Below the pieces are notes generated by a model, which ran no database searches, was not told the origin of the DNA, and saw only the letters and a program-made list of their open reading frames with translations. DNA of 58,082 bases from a virus. Taxonomy: Duplodnaviria > Caudoviricetes. Numbering within the stretch: position 1 is the stretch's first letter; every line of letters begins with the position of its first letter. This document shows, piece after piece, positions 1 through 8,301 of this stretch. Location of the stretch: positions 1 through 58,082 of the IMG/VR virus record IMGVR_UViG_3300048856_000104. The stretch is one strand, 5' to 3'. The position numbers were made by a program, and so were the translations under genes.

Positions 1-276
1 TTAGTTTTGGTTGGGGTCTTGTGGTGTTAAATCTGGATTGTCTTTCAGGAACTGGTTGATCACATCTCCTTCGGTTATTTGTATGTTTATTTTGAAACTG
101 GTCGTGAATACGCCTGTACGGGCGAACTCTTCATCTTCCAGGCGCTCTTCTTCAGCCTCAAGCTTTTGAAGCCTTTCATTTAGCTCTTCAATCTTTTTAG
201 CTAAGACTTCTTTCTTGATTTGTACTTCACGTAATTTCCGCTCAAACTGTTCTTTGGGAGATTCGTTACTTTCCAT
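1..276 (-). CDS. Hypothetical coiled-coil protein in the repressor operon
   Basis: 91 aa ORF with E/K-rich heptads, co-oriented with the repressor. Confidence 0.55.
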   Translation of the reverse strand: MESNESPKEQFERKLREVQIKKEVLAKKIEELNERLQKLEAEEERLEDEEFARTGVFTTSFKINIQITEGDVINQFLKDNPDLTPQDPNQN

Positions 277-282
277 GGTGCT

Positions 283-561
283 TTAGGTTAGTTTCCATTG
301 ATTACCGCATGACTTGCATCTAATTTTTGTTTTTTGATGAGCAGCGGCCATTATTAGGTAAGCAACACCAATAAATACACACCCACCTCCGATAATACCC
401 ATCAGCACAAGTACACCTCCGTAATTAAACATCACGCAGCCTAATGCGCCTAGAGCAAGGAAGCCTAAGCCATATACCAACTTTAATCTGCGGTCATAAA
501 TAATAAGTTTAAAAGATCTGCAATTATCACATTGTATTCTTTCTGTAGAGGAGCTATTCAT
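283..561 (-). CDS. Small membrane protein with a split zinc ribbon
   Basis: CDNC and CKSC motifs flank two hydrophobic helices. Confidence 0.65.
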   Translation of the reverse strand: MNSSSTERIQCDNCRSFKLIIYDRRLKLVYGLGFLALGALGCVMFNYGGVLVLMGIIGGGCVFIGVAYLIMAAAHQKTKIRCKSCGNQWKLT

Positions 562-584
562 TGAACGTTAATTATGATTTATGA

Positions 585-1223
585 TTAAAAGAATTTCTTG
601 ATTGAGCCTTTTACTCTAAAAACATGCGTAAGCATGCGTTTAGGTATTGGTTGCGGGTTGTATTCTGGTGCCTTATTATACGGTATAAGGGTATAATGAT
701 CTTTATCTTCGCCTTTTCCGATCGTTTTTATTGTTCTAATATCATTACTGGTGACAATAGCGTAAATCTCACCTTCAAGAAGAAATTCCTGCCAGTCCGG
801 TAGAATCTTAAGCGCTACAATATCGTTGTCGCTAATCAATGGATCCATACTTTTCCCGGTTACATTCACCCAGAAATCGCAGTCATTGAATGGTGCAAAA
901 TCTATGAATGCAGAAGGTCGTGCAGATTGCTGATCAAAAATCAGATTGAAGCCCCCAATAAAATCTACATCGTAATATGGAACACCATTACCTTTATGAG
1001 TTATGATTGGTGTTGATGTTATAACCTTTTTATTACCTGTAAAAAGTTCTTCCCCGTCGATACCTAAAATTAATCCAATCTCTCTAGCTTTTTTTAAAGA
1101 AAATCCTTTATCCTTTTCAAGATTAGCAATATAGGTTTGGTTTACACCCAATTTACTCGCCAATTCCTCTTGACTTAAACCAGAATTTTGCCTTGCAATC
1201 TTAAGACGTTCATTTTTTGTCAT
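585..1223 (-). CDS. CI-like repressor (XRE HTH plus S24 peptidase-like domain)
   Basis: N-terminal HTH (LSQEELASKLGVNQTYIANLE); VTGKSMDP serine motif and downstream TIK lysine; divergent from early genes. Confidence 0.9.
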   Translation of the reverse strand: MTKNERLKIARQNSGLSQEELASKLGVNQTYIANLEKDKGFSLKKAREIGLILGIDGEELFTGNKKVITSTPIITHKGNGVPYYDVDFIGGFNLIFDQQSARPSAFIDFAPFNDCDFWVNVTGKSMDPLISDNDIVALKILPDWQEFLLEGEIYAIVTSNDIRTIKTIGKGEDKDHYTLIPYNKAPEYNPQPIPKRMLTHVFRVKGSIKKFF

Positions 1224-1243
1224 TGATTTTCAGTTGGTTGTAA

Positions 1244-1340
1244 ATAGGTAATAAAAATTATTACCAAAAAGTTGTATAGGTAATAAAAGGGTTATATATT
1301 TGTTGTACACAATAAGACAAAGGTACTAAAAACAAAACCT
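1244..1340. promoter_or_regulatory. Lysis/lysogeny switch: repressor operators and opposing promoters
   Basis: Perfect inverted repeat GGTAATAA-AAA-TTATTACC (1247-1265); ATAGGTAATAAAA at 1244 and 1276; TATATTTG on + (1295-1302); TACCTTTG on - (1325-1318). Confidence 0.75.
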
Positions 1341-1366
1341 TATGCATATAGTAACTAACTACCAAA

Positions 1367-1627
1367 ATGAACCAGCCAAGAGAACATTCAAAACTAATCA
1401 TCGGAATATCAGATGTTCCGTTCGACCTGATCGTAAACCCCCAATTAACAGAAAGGGAAAAGGAGATTCTGAAATATATCAGATCACCGGATAAGTTGAT
1501 TGCGGATCGGTTAAACATCAGCATCCGAACAGTTATTAATCATTCGGTAAGCATTAGAAGGAAAACTGGGTTGAGGTCAAAGGCGGAGCTTGCTTATTAT
1601 ACAGCGCACAAACACTTAATCAATTAA
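1367..1627 (+). CDS. LuxR-type HTH regulator in the Cro position
   Basis: LTEREKEIL...IADRLNISIRTVINH...KTG is the LuxR C-terminal HTH pattern. Confidence 0.85.
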   Translation: MNQPREHSKLIIGISDVPFDLIVNPQLTEREKEILKYIRSPDKLIADRLNISIRTVINHSVSIRRKTGLRSKAELAYYTAHKHLIN

Positions 1628-1630
1628 AAT

Positions 1631-1858
1631 ATGGGAACATTAGAATTAGCACAGCCTGTACAAGGGGTGTCACTACGATCTCTGGTTGTACAGATGTCCG
1701 CGGGGGAGGAGAAGCAATTTCCTATGGAATATGACCAGGCGATAAGATCGGATATCAGTAGAGCGATAAAGATTAAATATCCTGATCGAAAATACAAGAC
1801 TCACACCAAGGATAAAGTAGACGGAGTTACAGTACTAACCGTCATCCGCCTTAACTAA
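1631..1858 (+). CDS. Small early hypothetical protein
   Basis: 75 aa ORF tightly packed after the LuxR-type gene. Confidence 0.65.
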   Translation: MGTLELAQPVQGVSLRSLVVQMSAGEEKQFPMEYDQAIRSDISRAIKIKYPDRKYKTHTKDKVDGVTVLTVIRLN

Positions 1859-2024
1859 CCAACTAACTAACCACTAATACCAAGAACCGTGAAACCGAAT
1901 ACAAACAACAACAAGGCCACAAACAACTTTGATGCACTTGTAAAAAGTCAATCTCAATTAATCGTAAAGTCACTTTGCGCTCAAGCTTTCAACAAGCTTC
2001 GCCAAAACTAATCAAGTCATCGCT

Positions 2025-2234
2025 ATGGGAAAGCAATCTAAAAAGAAGAAATTGAAGGCTCTAAAATATGAGGTAATGACATTACGAACATTAATTGATG
2101 ATGTAGTTTCCTTCATAGGATTTGAGCCCGGGCAGGGGCATGAGTCAATTACCCTGACAGAACTAGAACCCTATAACGAGTTCCAGAAGCAACTAAGAGC
2201 AACAGAAGAAAAGTACTCGACCAAAGCCAGTTAA
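2025..2234 (+). CDS. Hypothetical protein
   Basis: ORF in the early operon. Confidence 0.55.
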   Translation: MGKQSKKKKLKALKYEVMTLRTLIDDVVSFIGFEPGQGHESITLTELEPYNEFQKQLRATEEKYSTKAS

Positions 2235-2235
2235 G

Positions 2236-2439
2236 ATGCAAATAGCTTATTTAAATAAAGGAAAGATAAAAGCGAAGTCTAAGACTGATGAGCTTTTGGA
2301 ATCCTTTTACCTGAAGGACATACGCCGCTGCTACCTTAAGAAGCGTAAGGAACTCAACTCCATTGGAATAAGCGAGACTGACTTTGTCGCAAGAATGAAA
2401 AAGATTATTGGCACCAAGCACCAAATCTTTGGATACTAA
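2236..2439 (+). CDS. Hypothetical basic protein
   Basis: ORF abutting the previous gene. Confidence 0.55.
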   Translation: MQIAYLNKGKIKAKSKTDELLESFYLKDIRRCYLKKRKELNSIGISETDFVARMKKIIGTKHQIFGY

Positions 2440-2515
2440 AAAGGGCATCTACTACCAATAGATACCCCTGAAAAATCAAGTTAACATTTAATTCTGCTAT
2501 ACAATGACAAAAGTA
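2438..2515 (-). ncRNA. Putative short antisense RNA (promoter-terminator unit)
   Basis: On - strand: TACTTTTG (2515-2508), then hairpin GGGTATCTA-TTGGTAG-TAGATGCCC followed by a T-run. Confidence 0.5.
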
Positions 2516-2668
2516 GCCACTAATTCCCAAACAACCAAGGAAGTAGAGCTGTCAACTTGCTGGATATGTTCCAGAGTGGTAGTTCCTTCAGAAGAGTCAA
2601 GAACCTGGTTCCGCTTTTCATTCTGCAGCCTCTGCTGCTATGATGCGTTCCGAGCCAAATTCAGCTAA
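2504..2668 (+). CDS. 54 aa FCS/TRASH-like zinc-finger protein (absent from the ORF track)
   Basis: MTKVAT...CWIC...FCSLCCYDAFRAKFS*; fills the gap before 2672. Confidence 0.65.
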   Translation: MTKVATNSQTTKEVELSTCWICSRVVVPSEESRTWFRFSFCSLCCYDAFRAKFS

Positions 2669-2671
2669 GCC

Positions 2672-2869
2672 ATGGATAGTCAAACAGCAAAAATCAAGGA
2701 GATACTTAAAGGTATTGACCAGGAGATCGAGCAGTACGAAAAAGTTCAGGCCGAGGCTCTCGAGCACGCAAAGTTTATCGCTGGCAATATTGCCGGGCTT
2801 AGAAGAGCAAGGACAACATTAGAAATATTCTTTCACAACGATTTAAAGGAGGAAACAGGCAATGTATAA
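2672..2869 (+). CDS. Small coiled-coil hypothetical protein
   Basis: ORF packing in the operon. Confidence 0.6.
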   Translation: MDSQTAKIKEILKGIDQEIEQYEKVQAEALEHAKFIAGNIAGLRRARTTLEIFFHNDLKEETGNV

Positions 2870-3077
2870 TGCAACTGATGATCTAACAGATCAGGACAAA
2901 GTTTCGGTACAGTACCGGAACTTACTGAAGAACAAGTTCAAAACTGAACAGGCTGAAGCTAAAGAAAAAGACTATCGTAAAAGCTGGAAGTATGCTGTCA
3001 TGGACATGGTGGTCGGGGTTCTGATCATGGTCATCTACGGCTTCATTATGTACCTACCAATTCTCCTGAGTAAGTAA
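2862..3077 (+). CDS. Small protein with a C-terminal TM helix
   Basis: Hydrophobic C-terminus; overlaps the upstream stop. Confidence 0.65.
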   Translation: MYNATDDLTDQDKVSVQYRNLLKNKFKTEQAEAKEKDYRKSWKYAVMDMVVGVLIMVIYGFIMYLPILLSK

Positions 3078-3096
3078 CCATTAAAAACTAAATAAA

Positions 3097-4068
3097 ATGT
3101 CAAATCAGATTCAAGTAACAGCAGGTTATATCAAGAACCTTTCACCTGCTGCAGTTGCCACCGACAAAGCTATCGGTGAGCACTTCGTAAATAAATTCAT
3201 GGCAATGTACCGCGTTCCTAAAGAGCAAGCCACTGCCTTCTACGAGCGTGAAAAGGATAATTTCCTCAAGCGTATCAGCGATAGTGAAGATCTTCAGGCC
3301 TGTACACCAATGTCAATCTTCCTTGCTTTCATGCAGGTCGGCGGGTGGCAGTTGAGTTTTGAGCCGGGAAACCAAAGTGAGGTCTACCTTATTCCTGGTA
3401 ACCGAAACATTGCGCCTAAAAATCAAGCAGCACAATGGATTAAGGAAGTTGTCGCGCAGCCTACACCATGGGGTGAAAAGAAAATCCGTATCCAAAATGG
3501 CCAGATCAAAGATGTGGCAAAACCTATCATCGTCTGCAAAGGGGATCTTTATGAAGAGTACCTGGATGACAACGGAAATTTACGTGTAAAGTGGGCGAAA
3601 GGAGAACGCGGTGATAAACCCGTGATCATTGGGTCATTCATCCGGATAGAAAAGCCGGACGGATCTTATGAGATCAAGACGTTTGACATGTCAGACGTTG
3701 AGAAATGGAAAGCTTCATCTGCAAAAAAGAATAAGGATAAAGGAGCCAACGCCCTTTACACTTCCAATAATGGCCAGATTGATAAGCTATTCTTTGAAGG
3801 AAAAACTCTGAAGCATGCCTTCAAATCTTATCCAAAGGTTGTAAATGCTCCACCAGTACCTGAAACATTCGTGCCAGCGGGCAACGATGCTGTAAGACAA
3901 GGGTTCGATGTTTCAGAGTTCACCGAAACTGAAGATGTTGTGCATGAAGAGGTGTCTGCATCTAACGAGCCAGACGAGTTTACCCGAGCCGTTGAGCAGG
4001 AAAGCAAGCCAGAGCCTGAGCCTACCAAGCAGTTTGTTGGCGTCGAGGATGATGAACCAGAATTTTAA
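3097..4068 (+). CDS. recT: RecT/Redbeta-like ssDNA annealing protein
   Basis: LQACTPMSIFLAF...LSF...VYLIP RecT pattern; acidic tail; exonuclease nearby. Confidence 0.75.
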   Translation: MSNQIQVTAGYIKNLSPAAVATDKAIGEHFVNKFMAMYRVPKEQATAFYEREKDNFLKRISDSEDLQACTPMSIFLAFMQVGGWQLSFEPGNQSEVYLIPGNRNIAPKNQAAQWIKEVVAQPTPWGEKKIRIQNGQIKDVAKPIIVCKGDLYEEYLDDNGNLRVKWAKGERGDKPVIIGSFIRIEKPDGSYEIKTFDMSDVEKWKASSAKKNKDKGANALYTSNNGQIDKLFFEGKTLKHAFKSYPKVVNAPPVPETFVPAGNDAVRQGFDVSEFTETEDVVHEEVSASNEPDEFTRAVEQESKPEPEPTKQFVGVEDDEPEF

Positions 4069-4167
4069 TTAACCCGATTCATAAACCAGGCGGCCGCCAA
4101 AGTAAAAAACCAAATCTTGTAAAAATGCAACGGCCGCCTTTACTTTTCTACTAACATAACCTTATAT

Positions 4168-5394
4168 ATGTCAACTACAACTGAAGTCCAAAAGATTGAT
4201 GTGAGCGAAATCGCATCCACCATGCAAGGAGCCGGAGAAATCCTCACCAGAAATGAAAACCTTGCCTTAAAAGCCGTCACAGGAGCCGAGCAGCTGCTTG
4301 ACACGATCGAAGCTGAAGGCATGAGCGACGAACTTGATGCCGCCTTAAATTCGTGGCAGGTAAAAGCCAAGGAGGCCGTCGGCATCATGAACAAGCGCCG
4401 TTCTCCGATCACACAGATCATGACTCGCATGGCTAAGTTCTTCACCGAGCAGGAAGCCAAGCTTGATCCAGCAAAAGCTGATAGCGTATACACCAGAATC
4501 CAGCAGAAACGTAACGCCTGGGCCAAGCAGAAAGCTGATGAGGCAAGAAAGCGTGAACAGGAGATTTTGCAACAGCAGAACATTGAAAAAGAGAAGGTAA
4601 CGTTCAAAGCTGAAGTCGAAAGCCATATCCGTAAGATATACGGAGAAAAACTTTTAGCATTCAAGCAGTATGCTGTGAAAATTTATAACGGACTCACTGT
4701 TGAGAACGTGAGAGAAGTCAAGGAAGCTATTTCCGCTGTAAAGGTGAATTACCCGATTGACAAGTTCAACGAGATTGAGCCTACCGGTGCGTTCGCTATG
4801 TATTTATCTGCTGAAGATCAGAAGAAGATTATTGTTGAAGTTCGCGAGTCGCTATATACTGAACTTGCAGCCAACTTCCGCGAGAACATGGAAGCTGAAA
4901 AGGAACGTTTGCTGGATATCATTCCTTCCAGGGTGAACGAGCTGAAAGAAATCGCTAAAGCTGGTGCTGAACAAAAAATGAAGATGGAGGAAGAAGCAGA
5001 GCGCCGCAGGTTAGCCGATGAAGCTCGTCAAAAAGCAGAGGCTGCTGAACAGGCGAAACGTGATCAAGAAGCGATTGAAGCTAAAGCACAGATGGAAACT
5101 GCTACCACCTTATTTGATACATCTGCAAAGCTTGCGGAAATCAAAGAAGATAGCACTGCGAAGGTTCGCCAGGGCTATAATATCATCGTTAATGAAAATG
5201 CAGGCTGGGGTGCAATCTTTATGTTTTACTTTGAAAAGCAGGCGGGTAGCTTAACGGTTGAAGAGTTTGGCAAAAAGACCGGCAACCAGATGAAAGCCTT
5301 TTGCGAAAAGCATGCACATAAAACCGGTGAAAAGGTTGTAAGTGCACACCTGGTGTATGAGGAAGATTTCAAGGCTGTAGCATCTAAAGGGTAG
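4168..5394 (+). CDS. Long coiled-coil protein of the recombination module
   Basis: 408 aa, helical and E/K/A-rich; lies between the recT-like and exonuclease genes. Confidence 0.7.
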   Translation: MSTTTEVQKIDVSEIASTMQGAGEILTRNENLALKAVTGAEQLLDTIEAEGMSDELDAALNSWQVKAKEAVGIMNKRRSPITQIMTRMAKFFTEQEAKLDPAKADSVYTRIQQKRNAWAKQKADEARKREQEILQQQNIEKEKVTFKAEVESHIRKIYGEKLLAFKQYAVKIYNGLTVENVREVKEAISAVKVNYPIDKFNEIEPTGAFAMYLSAEDQKKIIVEVRESLYTELAANFRENMEAEKERLLDIIPSRVNELKEIAKAGAEQKMKMEEEAERRRLADEARQKAEAAEQAKRDQEAIEAKAQMETATTLFDTSAKLAEIKEDSTAKVRQGYNIIVNENAGWGAIFMFYFEKQAGSLTVEEFGKKTGNQMKAFCEKHAHKTGEKVVSAHLVYEEDFKAVASKG

Positions 5395-5398
5395 GGTC

Positions 5399-5890
5399 GT
5401 GCTTGTAACTGTAAATACTGATGCTTCATACCGTAGTGGTGCCGCAGGTTATGCCTTTTGGATAGTATGCGACGCCGGGAAAATTCAGAAAGCTGGAGAA
5501 ATCAAGAACAAGGTAGCAGGAATCAATGATGCTGAATTGATGTGTATAGCTAATGCAATACACACCCTGAAACATAGCAAGTTCAAAGGGATCGAGAAAG
5601 TGATTATCAATACAGACAGTCAGACATCAATAGATTTCCTAAGTGGTAGATCACGTCCAAAGTTTAGTTCCCCGATATCCAGTGTAGTTGATGAAACATA
5701 TTTCAATATGCTTGAGGTATGCCTGAAGTATGGAAAATCAATCAGGGACGTAAAACAAGTATTTGAGTTTAGGCATGTAAAAGCACATTCCAGAAAGAAG
5801 GATTCCAGATCATACGTCAACGACTGGTGTGATAAAGACGCAAAGAAATATTGCAGACAAGCTTATCTAAAATGGTATGGAGCAAACTAA
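5399..5890 (+). CDS. rnhA: Ribonuclease HI family protein
   Basis: NTDAS, AELMCI, NTDSQ, HVKAHS and NDWCD give the full D-E-D-H-D catalytic set. Confidence 0.88.
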   Translation: MLVTVNTDASYRSGAAGYAFWIVCDAGKIQKAGEIKNKVAGINDAELMCIANAIHTLKHSKFKGIEKVIINTDSQTSIDFLSGRSRPKFSSPISSVVDETYFNMLEVCLKYGKSIRDVKQVFEFRHVKAHSRKKDSRSYVNDWCDKDAKKYCRQAYLKWYGAN

Positions 5891-6560
5891 AACACAGGAT
5901 CCCTACTTCGGCCGCCCTGAAGTTTCAAACTCTGATCTTTCTGCTTTGCAGGAGCTGCTTGATCCTAAGCCACAGTTAGGCAACAAGGAATATGCATACG
6001 CTTTCGGAACGCTGCTGGATAACTTGATCACAGAGGCTGACAAGGTTGATCTTTTCAACTTGAAGGTGATGTACCAGACATATCCTTATACGCAGGCTGA
6101 TTTCGATTTAGCCAGGGCCATGAAGCGTGCATACCTGAAAGATCCTATGGGGAAGATGTTTAATGATCATTCGGATTTCCAAGCAATATCTACCAGGTAC
6201 AACTGGGTAATGGATTACAACGGCTTTGAGTTCATTCTTAGTGCTGGCACCCGTTGTAAGTGGGATTTACTCATCCGCAAATGGAAGATGGGCGGCGACA
6301 TCAAGTCAACTGCAGCAGAGACACAGAGCCAGTTCGAAGCTGCTTGCGAGCACTTCGGGTACTTTCGCTCACGTAGCTGGTACATGGATATCGAAGGAAC
6401 GAACAAGGACATGCTTATCGGCATCAGCAAAGTCAACCAGAAAGTGTTCAAGATCGCCGTTAACCGCGGCGACAAGCTTTACCTGCATGGAAAGGCTCAA
6501 TACGAAGAACTCGCATTCAAGTACTGGATGCTTTTTGACGGACTTAAAATATCAGCATAA
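5877..6560 (+). CDS. PD-(D/E)xK exonuclease (RecE C-terminal/DUF3799-like)
   Basis: SNSDL, FGT, RCKWD...GDIKST and YFRSRSWY motifs. Confidence 0.8.
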   Translation: MEQTKTQDPYFGRPEVSNSDLSALQELLDPKPQLGNKEYAYAFGTLLDNLITEADKVDLFNLKVMYQTYPYTQADFDLARAMKRAYLKDPMGKMFNDHSDFQAISTRYNWVMDYNGFEFILSAGTRCKWDLLIRKWKMGGDIKSTAAETQSQFEAACEHFGYFRSRSWYMDIEGTNKDMLIGISKVNQKVFKIAVNRGDKLYLHGKAQYEELAFKYWMLFDGLKISA

Positions 6561-6970
6561 TGCATAAAGTAACCCTACAATCCGGCACCTACGCCGTAGA
6601 TGATGCGCTGCAAGGCTTCGACATTATAGAAAAACCATCGAGCAACGTTGCTTTTGTAGCTACCTGCATGATCACAAACAAGATGTATGTCCAGTTCAAG
6701 TACGGATCCGGATACATGTATTCTGAAGTTGATTTGGACACGCTCTCTGCTGTAAGCGCCGTTGATAGCATAGGCAAGTTTATCAGTTCCAAAGTAGTCA
6801 AGCACTTTCCAAGTGCAAAGATGGAGAAGCCGCTGATTCATCCTTTAGTTTCAGTAGAAATAACAGGATTCGATGAAGCGCTTGCAAAGGCAGGTCAAAC
6901 TTTGTCTGTCGATCGAAAAGCTGTGGTTGTCCATGGCGACCTTAGTGATAATCAAGAACCTGAGTTCTAA
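6560..6970 (+). CDS. KTSC-domain protein
   Basis: SSNV...MYVQFKYGSGYMYSEV...SIGKFI pattern. Confidence 0.75.
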   Translation: MHKVTLQSGTYAVDDALQGFDIIEKPSSNVAFVATCMITNKMYVQFKYGSGYMYSEVDLDTLSAVSAVDSIGKFISSKVVKHFPSAKMEKPLIHPLVSVEITGFDEALAKAGQTLSVDRKAVVVHGDLSDNQEPEF

Positions 6971-6987
6971 TTTCTAAAACTATATAT

Positions 6988-7638
6988 ATGCGTACAAAAT
7001 CAATTACCCAGGAAGAACTGGACGAAAAGAAAGCTGCAGCCGATGAAGCTCATGAGCTAAAGGCCGGCACTAAAATTAAGATTACCGAGGCAGCCGTTGG
7101 TAAGAGTGGGGTGAATGTAAAGTACTGGAAGGTGGTTACACGGGACTTTGCCAACATCAAAGGCGATATGGAACTACGGGAGTTCGAGAACTCAGGCGCT
7201 GAAAAGTTACCATTCCTCCCGCACCCGGATCTGCTACTTGCATTCGACTTGCTCCGTAGCCATTTGATCATTGCCTGTCAGCAAAAGGAAGCGTACAATG
7301 CTTATGGTGAGCTGATCAGTCCATTATCTTTTGAGAGCTTCGATGGAGAAGATGCCGACAATCCGTTGAACAGGTTCAAAGTAACTGGCTTTGCTATCAA
7401 TGACAGCGAAACAGGAGTGACCATCACCGGCCACAAGAGAACCCGTGGAAGCGCGACATTGCCATTGTCTCAGTATGCTGATTTCTTTGGCGGTGAACAT
7501 GCTTACGAGTTCGGGGATGAGTTATACCACTGCATCAAGCATGCTCGTAACGAAGTGCTGTTGTATTATAACGGCAAAGTTGCACCAGATTCCCAGTACT
7601 CGCTTGATTTCGATGAAGCGGCCAGTGACATGGAATAA
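6988..7638 (+). CDS. Hypothetical phage protein
   Basis: 216 aa ORF in the operon. Confidence 0.7.
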   Translation: MRTKSITQEELDEKKAAADEAHELKAGTKIKITEAAVGKSGVNVKYWKVVTRDFANIKGDMELREFENSGAEKLPFLPHPDLLLAFDLLRSHLIIACQQKEAYNAYGELISPLSFESFDGEDADNPLNRFKVTGFAINDSETGVTITGHKRTRGSATLPLSQYADFFGGEHAYEFGDELYHCIKHARNEVLLYYNGKVAPDSQYSLDFDEAASDME

Positions 7639-7701
7639 ACCTTTTCTATTAACCACGAATATGCGTCTAAGACATTAGGCGCATATTTTAAAACTAACCA
7701 A

Positions 7702-7965
7702 ATGGAATCTTGGACTGAAGAGTATTCCTGTCCGGAATGTGACAGAACTCACGACGTAGACTTTGACTTCTACAGACCGGATGACGGTGTTACGGTGGAT
7801 GTAACGGTGGAATGCGACTGCGGATGCAGGTTTTCCGTTCAGTGTAAAATACTGGTTGAGTATGATTTTGAAACCTCTGATCAACTATACTCACACCCAA
7901 ACCAAAGCCAATCGACATTTACGATTTGTCCACCTGGCCACCGGAAAACGATCCTAATCAATTAA
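7702..7965 (+). CDS. Small acidic zinc-ribbon protein
   Basis: CPEC...CDCGC. Confidence 0.6.
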   Translation: MESWTEEYSCPECDRTHDVDFDFYRPDDGVTVDVTVECDCGCRFSVQCKILVEYDFETSDQLYSHPNQSQSTFTICPPGHRKTILIN

Positions 7966-7976
7966 AACTAATCTAA

Positions 7977-8300
7977 ATGACTGACTTAAAAATAACCCTA
8001 TCGACACCGGAACTTGCATCTATAATTGTGAGTGTTCTGGAAGAAATGAACCGGGCCCAAAAGAAACATCCGGATTGGCCGATCGACAATGTGAAGCGAG
8101 CGGCTATCGTATGTGAAGAAGCAGGTGAAGTGATCCGGGAAGCCAACATGATCGATGAAGGCAAAGGCTCAATTGAAAGCCTTAGAACCGAACTTATTCA
8201 ATGTGCATGTACTTGCATTAGGATGTTACATGAGCTTAGATATGACGAAGAAATACAGCCTGATATAATAGATTACTTTAAGGAAAGGAGTAATTGCTAA
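7977..8300 (+). CDS. MazG-like nucleotide pyrophosphohydrolase
   Basis: EEAGEV...ELIQ motif. Confidence 0.7.
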   Translation: MTDLKITLSTPELASIIVSVLEEMNRAQKKHPDWPIDNVKRAAIVCEEAGEVIREANMIDEGKGSIESLRTELIQCACTCIRMLHELRYDEEIQPDIIDYFKERSNC

Positions 8301-8301
8301 A

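Noticed and set aside
5399-5890. RNase H as part of a DGR or retroelement
   Set aside because: No reverse transcriptase and no TR/VR pair with adenine-specific mismatches seen
7658-7688. AATATG-N9-CATTAG resembling a sixth operator
   Set aside because: Better explained as a long hairpin (AATATGCGTCTAA/TTAGGCGCATATT); lacks the downstream CGAATA and promoter
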